Assembly: GCA_964598205.1 (NCBI GenBank)
Contig: CAZRBB010000001.1
Span: 92,199-156,198 of the forward strand
Direction: 5' to 3'
Origin: an uncultured Candidatus Saccharibacteria bacterium
GTDB taxonomy: Bacteria > Patescibacteriota > Minisyncoccia > CAIUEV01 > JAHKAQ01
Length of the DNA: 64,000 nucleotides
The notes under the pieces were generated by a model. That model was not told where the DNA came from and made no database searches. It worked only from the letters and a program-made list of their open reading frames with translations. Position numbers and translations under genes: made by a program. Positions 1 through 9,170 of the stretch are shown here, one piece after another. Positions within the stretch are counted from its first letter, which is position 1. The number at the start of each line of letters is the position of its first letter.

Positions 1-1
1 A

Positions 2-370
2 CGAGACGAAGCGCGCATTAACGGTGGCTATGGTCCTTGTGGGCGGGAGCTTTGTTGCTTAAAATTTGGTGGTGCATTAAAAAGCATCAATACGGAAATG
101 GCCAAGATGCAGCAAATAACTCACCGTGGAAGCGAACGGATTTCTGGTTGTTGTGGTCGTTTAATCTGTTGCCTTTCTTATGAATTAGAAAATTACGAAG
201 AAATCTTAAAAAAAATGCCCCAGGCCGGAGATCCGGTAAGAACTAGGGATGGAGAGGGGATGGTGAGAAATATTAAAGTTTTACAAAAAAAAGTGTTAGT
301 AGAATTTGGAGATAAAAAAAGAGAAGAAAAATGGTTCGATCTTTCGGAAATAAAGATTCAAGAAAAATAG
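2..370 (+). CDS. PSP1 C-terminal domain protein (RicT/YaaT-like), 5'-partial; the frame is open to the window edge
   Basis: No stop codon in frame from position 2. Duplicated GPCGRELCCL / GCCGRLICCLSYE Cys motifs recalled from PSP1/RicT proteins. Confidence 0.4.
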   Translation, partial: RDEARINGGYGPCGRELCCLKFGGALKSINTEMAKMQQITHRGSERISGCCGRLICCLSYELENYEEILKKMPQAGDPVRTRDGEGMVRNIKVLQKKVLVEFGDKKREEKWFDLSEIKIQEK

Positions 371-389
371 TTCATTTCTTAAAAATTTT

Positions 390-464
390 TGGGGAGTAGC
401 CAAGCGGTAAGGCAACGGGTTCTGGTCCCGTCATGCGGGGGTTCGAATCCCTCTTCCCCAGCCA
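390..464 (+). tRNA. tRNA-Gln (anticodon CUG), CCA encoded
   Basis: Cloverleaf folds by hand. Near-identical to E. coli tRNA-Gln (UGGGG..AGCCAAGCGGUAAGGC..GGUUCGAAUCC). Anticodon loop is ttCTGgt. Confidence 0.85.
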
Positions 465-470
465 GATATA

Positions 471-495
471 TAAAAACCTTCATCCGAGGGTTTTT
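471..495 (+). terminator. Rho-independent terminator after tRNA-Gln
   Basis: aaaaacc-N10-ggttttt hairpin followed by a T run. Confidence 0.4.
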
Positions 496-982
496 ATATA
501 TCTGCTTGAGCAAACGAGGAGAGGCGAACACGAAGGGGGTTGGGGAAACTGTAGTTTCCCCGTTGGGGGTGACAGCGACCCCGCCTTTAGACGGGGGAGC
601 GCCAGAGGGCGGAAGCCCTATGGAGAGCGAGTGAAACGAGCGAGTTCGAATCCCAGCCTAGTTCCCGATCGTAATATTCTAGCCATTGTCAATCGCTTTC
701 TTGTCTGATTGTAAAAATCAAACAAGCCTTTTTGTCGTTAAAAGTACCGAATTGGGAAATAAAAAAATCTCGTATTTTTTGGTTGGTAAGTCCGGCAGAT
801 GTTAGTAATAACTTCATACAATAAAACAATTTCATTTGTTTTATTGTATCACAAGCCCCACTAAGATAGAGTAGAAAAAACAACCACTATCTCTTAACAT
901 TTTAATAATTTAAGCGTACAATCGTCACTTATAGAATACAAAAAAGGTTCTTACAATCAATCAGCAGTAGTAGGAGGTGTCT

Positions 983-1276
983 ATGTTCAGAGAACTGGTA
1001 AGGACATTTTTCCCACCTAGAGTCACCGACGAGCAATTAAAAAACCTTGTCAAAAAATCCGACGGTGCCTGGAAAAAGATGTTCCCCGAAAGGATGTCCA
1101 TGATTGGCTGGGAATGCGCAGCCTGCATGGTGGTTATGGACATTGTCAGCGTATTCAGCCGGCAACACAATTCTAATCATCAACACTCTCCGATCGAAAA
1201 CGGGGCCTTCACTAAAAAGCAGATCTATGTCTGCCCCAAGTGTGGGTGCTTTAAAAATGTTTTTCCAAACAATTAA
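983..1276 (+). CDS. Hypothetical small Cys-containing protein (CAAC...CPKCGC, possible zinc ribbon) in a GC-rich islet
   Basis: Strong SD AGGAGG 5 nt before the ATG at 983 (the ORF track's 977 start is GTG). Local GC about 45% against about 33% background. Confidence 0.45.
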   Translation: MFRELVRTFFPPRVTDEQLKNLVKKSDGAWKKMFPERMSMIGWECAACMVVMDIVSVFSRQHNSNHQHSPIENGAFTKKQIYVCPKCGCFKNVFPNN

Positions 1277-1856
1277 AACCAACAGTGGCAGGAAGGCTGA
1301 TGCTTCTTCTCTTTTAAAAAAGAGTTAAGGAATCTATCGCTTTTCTTGCCTTACCCTAGAGATTATATTTTAAGCTCCGAGGTAAGGTAGAACTAGGAAA
1401 ATTCCAAAGAACAGTTTAATCTTTGCAAAATAAAACCTTTTAACTTTCCTACAATCCTAACTCATCACTAACTCGCATTCCCGCACCAAATATCGATTGC
1501 ACTTGGCCGCAAAAGATTTGCTTTTGAATTTCTTTTTTAAACTTGCCAGTTTTACGCTGGCTAATTTTTTATCTGGCGGAATTAATGCCGAAGCAATAAT
1601 GATTCCGGTCAGTGTTTCTGCCGCCACCAAGCAATGCTCTATTTTAATTTCTCGTTTTTTATTTTGTAATAATTATATTTTTTAGCGATTAACGCTTAAT
1701 AATTCGCCAATCGTTATTCTACCATTCAATAATATTTTCTTTAAAAATCCCCAGTACAGATCAAATCCAAAAGTTATTTTTTATGCTATTATACTTATTG
1801 ATTCAAGAAATATGTTCCAAGTCGCGTAAGTCCTTATTGATCATTAACCAAATTAT

Positions 1857-3122
1857 ATGGCTTACGAAAGTAAAACTTTTGGTCCTAGAATAAAAAGAAT
1901 CAACATCGGTCCCAAAGAAGAGGATCCTTCTAAAGAAAAAAGCCTTTCCGAACTTCTTACCGACCCTGGATCCCAAAAAATTACTACTGCTATCCTAGAA
2001 GCTTCCCACCAAGATCTTTCAGAAAAATTGGTTGCTGGTGCTACTTTTGGAGAAGGAGAGCTAAAAGAAGGGGAAACCGCTCAACAAGAAATTATTACGG
2101 CTCAAAAAAAGATAGAAAGATTAAAAAGTATCTTTAAAAATAAAAGATTTCTAGACCAGGCATTGGGCTCCGATCCTCTATTAAAAGCTTGTCGGTCTAG
2201 TCTGGGAGACAATATGATTGGCGAACTTTTTAATGATGATTATCTTTTAGACCTTTACATTAAAGATCCGGCTACTTTTGGATTATTAGATCAAACTGCC
2301 GAAACAAATGAAAAAACCGAAGAATTATATCAGCGCCAAGAGAAAGATTTAGACCAAGAATTCAAAAGCTTTAAGCATTGCAGTGGATTCCTACCAAGCG
2401 AATTAAAAACCATTGCCTGCCAAAGAGATCTAAAAGAAAGAGCAAAAATAATAAACAAAACAATCGATCGGCATCTTCCTATTGGTGGAATTAAGAATTT
2501 TTTAAACAAAAGAATTCAAAAACGGATTGGCGTTTCTCCTTACGCAGAAATTAGAAAAAAAGATAATCATCGAGCAGAAATCACCGCAATTGCCCAAAAG
2601 GTAGATGATCTTGCCAATAGAATAGAAAATGATTTAGCCAAAGATCAATTGGGATATTTTCAGGGAATTACCAATATTTTGGCTCAAAATAGTGATTGGC
2701 AGGCGCATGTCTTAGAAAAGAGCAACGAAGCCTTGAATGGTCGTCCAAAAATTGAGCAAGAAATGACCTACAAAACAGCGGCCAATTTTTTAACCGCCGA
2801 AGGACAAGAAAGGAAGCGGAATGATTGGAAAAGCGCCAAACTAATTATTGCCAGAGGAACGCTAAAAGACAAACTAATAGCAGCCGGAGTTGTTGATCCG
2901 GCAATCCTTCAAGATGATCTCACAGAAAATGAACTGGCAGCGTATTGGAATAATGCCGGAGACATTAATGCTACCGCGGTTGATTTTAGAGGTACTAATC
3001 TTGATTTAAGTAGCGACAATTCCCTAGATCAAGAAAGAGATAACTTTTTAAAAAGCTCTCCCCAAAGCAATGGCTTTTGGTTTAAAATAATGAAGTTATT
3101 TTTTGACAGCATACTAGATTAA
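1857..3122 (+). CDS. Hypothetical protein (421 aa), no recognisable domain
   Basis: Long ORF with an ATG start and host-like codon/Lys-rich composition. Confidence 0.5.
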   Translation: MAYESKTFGPRIKRINIGPKEEDPSKEKSLSELLTDPGSQKITTAILEASHQDLSEKLVAGATFGEGELKEGETAQQEIITAQKKIERLKSIFKNKRFLDQALGSDPLLKACRSSLGDNMIGELFNDDYLLDLYIKDPATFGLLDQTAETNEKTEELYQRQEKDLDQEFKSFKHCSGFLPSELKTIACQRDLKERAKIINKTIDRHLPIGGIKNFLNKRIQKRIGVSPYAEIRKKDNHRAEITAIAQKVDDLANRIENDLAKDQLGYFQGITNILAQNSDWQAHVLEKSNEALNGRPKIEQEMTYKTAANFLTAEGQERKRNDWKSAKLIIARGTLKDKLIAAGVVDPAILQDDLTENELAAYWNNAGDINATAVDFRGTNLDLSSDNSLDQERDNFLKSSPQSNGFWFKIMKLFFDSILD

Positions 3123-3136
3123 ATTGATTTTTAAAA

Positions 3137-3412
3137 ATGAACGATCTTTTTTTAGAAGCCGGGAATAAGGAAAAATTATTGGAATCAATAATCAGCGGAA
3201 CAGAAGAGGAAACCAAGGATTTTTTGGTTAAAAATATTTCTAGTCTTTCTCCTTCTGTTCAAAGAGAGTTAATTATCTTTCTCTTAAAAGAAAAATCAAA
3301 AAAAGACATTGTTAATGCTAATGACCTAGCCGATCGCCTAGGTCAAGTAGAAGCCCTAAAAGAATTGAGTCAGAAATTAAAAGAACGAGCCGAAAAAGAA
3401 GAGGAGAACTAA
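3137..3412 (+). CDS. Hypothetical small acidic protein
   Basis: ORF lies 15 nt downstream of the previous gene on the same strand. Confidence 0.35.
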   Translation: MNDLFLEAGNKEKLLESIISGTEEETKDFLVKNISSLSPSVQRELIIFLLKEKSKKDIVNANDLADRLGQVEALKELSQKLKERAEKEEEN

Positions 3413-3432
3413 TTTTCTCCTAAAAGATATTT

Positions 3433-4287
3433 TTAACCAAAAACTAATTTACAAAAATCGCAAGGTGAATAAAGGCCCTCTTTTGGAGTGCTTTTTTTAA
3501 CTAAAAAAATCTTTTTAGTATTGATGCGGGAGTATTGGTTTTTAATCATTGCCGGATCTTTAAATTTATCTGCACTTCCAAAGTTGGCATCTCTTAAGTG
3601 AGCCAAGAAGTGGCAAAAAGCCAATTTATTTTCCGCATTAACAAAGGCTCTTTCAAAGCGCAAATAAGTGCAACGGTTTAGGGGATTCCAACCGTTTTCC
3701 CATTGAATATTTTTACCACAACCAGCATCTTCAAAGGTTTTTCTGGCTTGATTAAAAATTTCTTGGGTGATTTTTTCTTTGCCGTTCTGATGGTTAATAA
3801 TTGAAAAACAAAATTTTTCTTTTTTAACTTGTTCGGCGAACGCTCTTAAATAGGGATAACTTTGACTATCTAGTATTAAGAAATAATTTAAATTTATTTT
3901 CTCTTCTTTTTTGAATTGATTTGTGTCTTTAATTCCTTCTAAGCAAGAAGCATCTTTTTTATTGGGGTAAAGGTAGATAGTGTAAGACAGCCGAGGGTCG
4001 TTCCCCAATAATTCCAAGTAGCGAGGGAATAAATAAGGAAAAGTAAAAATTCCTACGCTCAAGCCAAGATCCAAAAATTTTTCAACGGCTTTGCTAAATT
4101 GTGGGTAAAGAATCGGCTCACCAACTCCTCTTAAAAGTACTTGTTTTAATTCCGGTTCGCTTTTTTTTATTTCACTTATAAAGTTAAGCAGTTTTCCTAA
4201 ATCAATATGTTTTTTAGGAGCTTGGGGATAAAAAACTTCTCCCATTCCACCAACAGTAGTTAGTTCTACTTCTAATGTCTTAATCAT
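3433..4287 (-). CDS. Hypothetical protein with a radical-SAM-like core (GVGEPILYPQF) but no CX3CX2C triad; C-terminal Cys residues
   Basis: A GGEPLL-like motif and TIM-barrel-like periodicity. No cluster-binding cysteines at the N-terminus. Confidence 0.4.
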   Translation of the reverse strand: MIKTLEVELTTVGGMGEVFYPQAPKKHIDLGKLLNFISEIKKSEPELKQVLLRGVGEPILYPQFSKAVEKFLDLGLSVGIFTFPYLFPRYLELLGNDPRLSYTIYLYPNKKDASCLEGIKDTNQFKKEEKINLNYFLILDSQSYPYLRAFAEQVKKEKFCFSIINHQNGKEKITQEIFNQARKTFEDAGCGKNIQWENGWNPLNRCTYLRFERAFVNAENKLAFCHFLAHLRDANFGSADKFKDPAMIKNQYSRINTKKIFLVKKSTPKEGLYSPCDFCKLVFG

Positions 4288-4373
4288 TTTTGATTTTTTG
4301 TTTAGATATTTCTAAGAACTTATGCCTACTCTATCACAATTTGATTTTTTCGTCTGGCCATAAACTATAATTT

Positions 4374-4420
4374 AAAAAGACTCCCAGTGGAGTCTTTTTA
4401 AGCAGTAGCCCTAAGGGGAA
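4374..4420. repeat. Copy of the tRNA-Glu 3' end (cagtagccctaaggggaa, 18/18) plus the adjacent terminator-like hairpin; att-like direct repeat
   Basis: Identical 18-mer to 6683-6700. The hairpin aaaaagactcc-cagt-ggagtcttttt parallels 6651-6678. Confidence 0.6.
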
Positions 4421-4532
4421 GCAGTTGGAACCAGGTGATTGCAGAATTAGGATTTTTCCATGAACGGAAAGATTTATGGAAAAATTAGACTTCTTGCAAG
4501 TCGGAAAATTTACCAAAAAAAAGAAACAATGA

Positions 4533-6320
4533 TCAGTTATCCTTCACAATCAACTCCCTTAAGTCAATAATCACAACATTTTCGTTTCTAAAAACCTCTC
4601 CTTTTAATTTTTCTTTTCTTCTCTTGTTATTTTTTAAGAGAATAAACCTAATTTTGTTATTGTAATAGAGTTTCAATGCGTAGTCCTCGTAAAGGTCTAT
4701 GTATTCGTCAAACTCCTTCTTGTTTTTGCTTGCGGATAATGGCGTTCGGGAGATGTATCCACTAGGGATTTTTTTTTCATGAAAGGTTTGGTAGTAGAGC
4801 GTTTCTGTTTTTCCATTCACTTTATCAACAATATTAAAATCATTATCTTCTTTAACAATATTTAGATATTCGGGAAATACATCCGCCTCGGTTGTATAAA
4901 TCTTCGCCGGCAGTAATTCGACTATTCCAACAATAACAAACAAGTAGATTATTATTTTTTTACAGGAACAACTAGAGTTCGATAAATATCGGTAGAAATA
5001 AGCAAAAACTATACTCAATGACAAAACCGAGACCAAAAAGTACCTTATTGGTGCTCTTGAAATTTCCAAAACAGGAATTATTTTTTTCAGAATATAATAG
5101 GGGGTATAGATAATTTCAAAATCATTTGCGTTGAATTTAATTACGGTACCCAAAGACAAAAGAAAGAACAAGACAAAAAGAGTTATCCAAAAGTATATTC
5201 CGAATGTTTCTTTGGGATTCAGGTTTGAAATTTTTTTTCTGAAAATGAAGCATACAAAAAAGATCACAATCAACAGATTGCCCGGATAAACTGAGCTATC
5301 CGCAATATTTTCGAATTTTTTCCAATGCCAAGAAGTGAATTCTCTGAATCTAGAAGCCCCTCCATAGATAAAAGGAGAAAGAACATCTAAGGAATACTTG
5401 GTTGTGGTATTGGACTTTGTTTCCAGGGGGTCATGTATTATGTTTTTAAAGAAACTACCAACAAAGATTGCCGAAGTTAATAATGTAGTCACGATTAAAA
5501 AAATAATTTGTTTTTTATAGATTTTTAGAAAATCGATAAAATAACTATAAGTTTTTTTTATGTTGTTTTTTTTCAGCTTAATAATCAAGAGATAGAAAAC
5601 ACCAGTAAGGGCTAAGAGTAAACAGATAAATCCATAAAAAAGATCAGCTGTCAGTGAAAAGAATAACGACACAGACATAAGCAAGGAATTCTTGTATGAA
5701 GGTTTTTTCACAAACAAAATAAAAGACAAGAGGAATAAAGGAATAAATTGAGTAGAGAGTAAATTTAAATGGCCCTGCAAATGAGCAAAGCGGTATCCTG
5801 TAAAAGAAAAGAAATAACCAGACCAAAAACTACCCCAATAAGACCTTGTCAGATAAAAAGACAAATACATTGTAAATAAGCCGCTTAGAATAAAAGTCAG
5901 TATTACAATTAAATTGTAGGCCTGGTTCAGCTTCAGAAAGGCGAGAAGGGGGATGGCTATTGCTCCATTATAAATTGAAAGTGTATGTCCCCAAAGGTGG
6001 GTACCGCTTGGATAATAGAGATAATCTGTATAAAATGGATTTTGAAATAATTCGGTAATGGATTTATTGACCCACCATATATTCCATGCATTTTGCAAAC
6101 CATCTCCTCCATCCCCAAAAAAGTGGGTGTTGAATTGTCTTATGGCTGGATAAGTCAACATTATAAATCCAAGGAAATACAACAATCCGGGTAAAATAAA
6201 AAATTTTAGAATCCTATGAATCATAAATCTATTAGTTAAAAAATAAATTTTTAAGCAATAATGATCAAAATTATAAAAACCAGACTGAGTAATCCATTCT
6301 ACCTTAATGTCGCCAAACAT
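4533..6320 (-). CDS. Polytopic membrane protein (595 aa), possibly a GT-C type glycosyltransferase/YfhO-like
   Basis: More than 10 hydrophobic helices and an FFGDGGDGLQNAW motif. Lies between the tRNA-Glu 3'-end repeats. Confidence 0.45.
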   Translation of the reverse strand: MFGDIKVEWITQSGFYNFDHYCLKIYFLTNRFMIHRILKFFILPGLLYFLGFIMLTYPAIRQFNTHFFGDGGDGLQNAWNIWWVNKSITELFQNPFYTDYLYYPSGTHLWGHTLSIYNGAIAIPLLAFLKLNQAYNLIVILTFILSGLFTMYLSFYLTRSYWGSFWSGYFFSFTGYRFAHLQGHLNLLSTQFIPLFLLSFILFVKKPSYKNSLLMSVSLFFSLTADLFYGFICLLLALTGVFYLLIIKLKKNNIKKTYSYFIDFLKIYKKQIIFLIVTTLLTSAIFVGSFFKNIIHDPLETKSNTTTKYSLDVLSPFIYGGASRFREFTSWHWKKFENIADSSVYPGNLLIVIFFVCFIFRKKISNLNPKETFGIYFWITLFVLFFLLSLGTVIKFNANDFEIIYTPYYILKKIIPVLEISRAPIRYFLVSVLSLSIVFAYFYRYLSNSSCSCKKIIIYLFVIVGIVELLPAKIYTTEADVFPEYLNIVKEDNDFNIVDKVNGKTETLYYQTFHEKKIPSGYISRTPLSASKNKKEFDEYIDLYEDYALKLYYNNKIRFILLKNNKRRKEKLKGEVFRNENVVIIDLRELIVKDN

Positions 6321-6494
6321 TAACTTAAGGAAAAAATAAAACCCATGGAAAAATCAGACTTCTTACTTATTTTTTGGATAGTTTATTTTGGCATCTAACA
6401 CATTTTTTATTTTATCATTCAAGCCGGAAAATAAACAACCAAAAAGATTTCTGATTCAAAAAAGGCTCCGCAGAATAGAGTCTTATTTAAATTG

Positions 6495-6511
6495 GTAGCC
6501 CTAAGGGGAAA
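6495..6511. repeat. Third partial copy of the tRNA-Glu 3' end (gtagccctaaggggaa)
   Basis: 16-nt identity to 6685-6700. Confidence 0.5.
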
Positions 6512-6650
6512 TCTCACTGCTCGGTCATCTTCGCTTTACTTCGATGACCTGCGCTTTGGAACCTTGCGGTTCCAATACCTCCACCACGGGAAACCTCACG
6601 GTTTCTAGGACCCTATCCCTTTCGCTTCCTACTTAAGACCAAAGTCAATA

Positions 6651-6678
6651 AAAAAAGACACCCAAGGTGTCTTTTTTT
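6651..6678 (-). terminator. Terminator hairpin immediately 3' of tRNA-Glu
   Basis: aaaaaagacacc-caag-gtgtcttttttt is a stem plus a U-run read on the minus strand. Confidence 0.5.
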
Positions 6679-6685
6679 ATTACAG

Positions 6686-6757
6686 TAGCCCTAAGGGGAA
6701 TCGAACCCCTGTTACCAGGATGAAAACCTGGTGTCCTAACCACTAGACGATAGGGCC
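6686..6757 (-). tRNA. tRNA-Glu (anticodon UUC), no encoded CCA
   Basis: The minus-strand cloverleaf is GGCCCTA..TCTAGTGGTTAGGA..ccagg-ttTTCat-cctgg..GGGGTTCGATTCCCC..TAGGGCT-A. Confidence 0.85.
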
Positions 6758-7009
6758 AAAATAACGCAAAAAATATTTCTGTTAGGGAATAAAAACTAAA
6801 AATAAAAACGCATTCCCGAGCGTTTTTTAAACTTAAACTAAAACTTAAAAAAAATCCAGGGAACTTCTCTGGTCTCTGTGAAGCTTGAAGCTTTTTAGGC
6901 AAAGCAAGACAGGAACAAGGTGGAGCGAGGCCCGGTCGAGGCCGAGCGTACTCCGAGAAGGATATCGGCATGAGAAAAGATTTCTTGGCCTGAATTTTCC
7001 TACCACCTA

Positions 7010-7038
7010 TTGACTAAAAGTAATGTTTATGTTATAGA
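7010..7038 (+). promoter_or_regulatory. Sigma70-like promoter (TTGACT, 17 nt, TATAGA(AT))
   Basis: A consensus -35 hexamer with correct spacing to an A/T-rich -10, about 40 nt upstream of the SD-ORF at 7079. Confidence 0.35.
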
Positions 7039-7078
7039 ATAAGCGTAGTGCAATCTTAACAAAGGGAGGTCGTATGAT

Positions 7079-7300
7079 ATGATCAGAGAAATAAGAATCT
7101 CATTACCCTCTGAATGTGGCTATATCTTCAGAGTGGGAGCAGAGAAGATGTTCGGTGGCGGAGCGAGGGGAAGAATTATCGCTCCTAACTTTATGGTCCT
7201 AAACCAAGAGAAGAGAAGTTCCTCCTTAGGGCCGTTGATGCAGAGCTCTGCGATGAAAACCCTAAAAGCGAAAGGAGCAACAATTTCGATAGTTGCCTAA
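7079..7300 (+). CDS. Hypothetical 73-aa protein with a strong SD (GGGAGG)
   Basis: SD 9 nt upstream of the ATG. Flanked by a promoter-like element and a long terminator hairpin. Moderately GC-rich. Confidence 0.35.
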   Translation: MIREIRISLPSECGYIFRVGAEKMFGGGARGRIIAPNFMVLNQEKRSSSLGPLMQSSAMKTLKAKGATISIVA

Positions 7301-7327
7301 GCCTAAGAATGGCAATTATCAAAGGCC

Positions 7328-7385
7328 CGTGGTCGTTTGTCTTGATTAATCCTAATCAAAAAAAAGACAAACACCGCGGGTTCTT
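7328..7385 (+). terminator. Long imperfect hairpin (ccgtggtcgtttgtctt ... aagacaaacaccgcgg) plus a T-rich tail
   Basis: Roughly 15-bp stem read directly from the sequence. Confidence 0.45.
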
Positions 7386-7475
7386 TTACTTTAAGCCACT
7401 ACTTTTAATTTTCATATCTTTTTTAGTTGAGTAATTTCCAGAAATCTTTAGAATAGGGAAAGATTAAACTTATTC

Positions 7476-9104
7476 ATGGATCAAGCCATTCCCGTTTCTT
7501 TGCCGATCGAAAATTTCTTAAAGGTGGTGGAATCAGAAGCCATTAGACTTAAAAGTCTTCCTAAGACTAGTGCCTTTGGTGCTGGGAAGGAAGCTGATCA
7601 GATTGCCTTTTGGTACGAAAAAATCCGAATGGCGATTGACTACCGGGAGGAGCATCTTCTAAGAAGAACGGCTTCTAGAAGAATCTTAAAAAGAATTTTT
7701 ATTTTAGAAGGTCGAAAAAAGGAAGTGGCTGATTTGCTTTTGCGAGAGTTAATGATGGGGGGCTATGTGAAGAAAAGTGATCTCACTGAAGAAAAATTCG
7801 TCCGTATTAATCAAGCGCTTAATAAATATACTTATGCACTATCCTCTACTTACCGAGAAAATTTTTGGAAAGACAGTGATAAGGGATCAGAAATAAGAAG
7901 ATGGCTAATTACTTTGGCCTCCTTTGAAGTAGAAGAGATTTTATATCCTTTTTATGAACGAAGAGCCTTAATAGATGGCATGTATCAATTAATTGCGTCT
8001 AGGGTAGATACTGGAGTTTTTGCCATTCCCGAAAAAAAGAAAAATCTGCAAACTTATATTGCCATTTACCGAAGCTTAGCTCGTGCCGATCGGGCCATGG
8101 TGACTAGCGAAATTTTTAGGATCTATTTCCCCGATTGGTTTACCAATCCTTCTCAAAAAAGAGTGGCTGAAATAATGAAGAATGCCACTAAGATTATTCC
8201 TATAGTTAAATCCCAGGCGACCGATATTCTTTCTAGTCGAATTTTTTACGCCGTTAAAAGACAAACCCTCTACGCTCATATTTTTTACGAAGTGATTATG
8301 GAAAATCCAGAAGACGCTCGGGGAGTTGTTGCTCAGGAGTATATTCTGCGGGAATTTGTGAAGAAGAAAATGGAAGAGGAGTATGAGAGGTCTCAAAACA
8401 AATTAAGAAAAAGAATCCAACGCGGTATTATTTATATTTTCTTAACCAAAATGCTCCTAGCTCTTTTTATAGAGATTCCTTTTGAAAAATATTTTGGGGA
8501 GGGAATTAATTTCTTGGCCTTAGGAATCAATATCCTTTTTCCTCCAGCTTTTATGGTATTCTTGGCGCTTTCTGCTAAAATTCCTGGAGAAGAAAACACA
8601 GAAGCGATTGTTCAAGGGATTAAGAGATTAGTTTATAATGATCCAGCTAAAGACGAAATCGAAAAAATTTCTGTTTATCCCTTAGCTCAAGCCGGACTTT
8701 CTGAAAAAACATTAGACGCTCTTTACTTTATTATTTTTTCCTTGGTTTTTGGTGTGTTAATTTGGCTTCTCTATTTCTTTAACTTTGACTATGTTAGTGG
8801 TGCTATTTTCCTAATCTTCATGGCCACGGTGAGTTTCTTTGGTGCGCTAATTCGCCAATCTATTCGCGACCTAATAGTGATCAAAGAAAAAGAAGGGATG
8901 GGCAGTCTTCTTTTTGATACCTTACTTTTACCTTTTGTGCGTTTTGGTCGTTGGCTTTCTACTAATTTTTCCAAGATCAATGTCTTTATGTTTCTCTTAG
9001 ATGTAGTTATAGAAGCCCCCTTTAAATTAATTATTCGACTCTTTGAATCTTGGGTTGGTTTTTTAAAAAGAAAAAGAGAAGAAGTAGACCAGCAGTTTGG
9101 ATAA
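7476..9104 (+). CDS. Hypothetical membrane protein (soluble N-terminal ~330 aa plus C-terminal TM helices)
   Basis: Long ORF with a hydrophobic C-terminal third. No domain recognised. Confidence 0.5.
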   Translation: MDQAIPVSLPIENFLKVVESEAIRLKSLPKTSAFGAGKEADQIAFWYEKIRMAIDYREEHLLRRTASRRILKRIFILEGRKKEVADLLLRELMMGGYVKKSDLTEEKFVRINQALNKYTYALSSTYRENFWKDSDKGSEIRRWLITLASFEVEEILYPFYERRALIDGMYQLIASRVDTGVFAIPEKKKNLQTYIAIYRSLARADRAMVTSEIFRIYFPDWFTNPSQKRVAEIMKNATKIIPIVKSQATDILSSRIFYAVKRQTLYAHIFYEVIMENPEDARGVVAQEYILREFVKKKMEEEYERSQNKLRKRIQRGIIYIFLTKMLLALFIEIPFEKYFGEGINFLALGINILFPPAFMVFLALSAKIPGEENTEAIVQGIKRLVYNDPAKDEIEKISVYPLAQAGLSEKTLDALYFIIFSLVFGVLIWLLYFFNFDYVSGAIFLIFMATVSFFGALIRQSIRDLIVIKEKEGMGSLLFDTLLLPFVRFGRWLSTNFSKINVFMFLLDVVIEAPFKLIIRLFESWVGFLKRKREEVDQQFG

Positions 9105-9170
9105 CATTTGACTCTTTATAGCTGATGATATAAAGTTTTTAAATGTCTTCTTATTAAGTAATCAAGTCCA

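Noticed and set aside
389-708. ORFs 389-634 and 433-708 (81 and 91 aa)
   Set aside because: They overlap tRNA-Gln and the GC-rich structured segment, and their translations are low-complexity Gly/Arg/Pro-rich. These are artefacts of GC-rich non-coding DNA.
480-710. tmRNA, RNase P RNA or SRP RNA
   Set aside because: I could not find the diagnostic motifs: no GGAAAGUCCGG / ACAGAANCCGGCUUA for RNase P, no tag-peptide frame plus CCA-ending tRNA-like domain for tmRNA, and no AGCA-containing helix-8 loop for SRP. It is left as an unclassified structured region.
6645-6971. Minus-strand 108-aa ORF
   Set aside because: It reads straight through tRNA-Glu and its terminator. It is not a gene.
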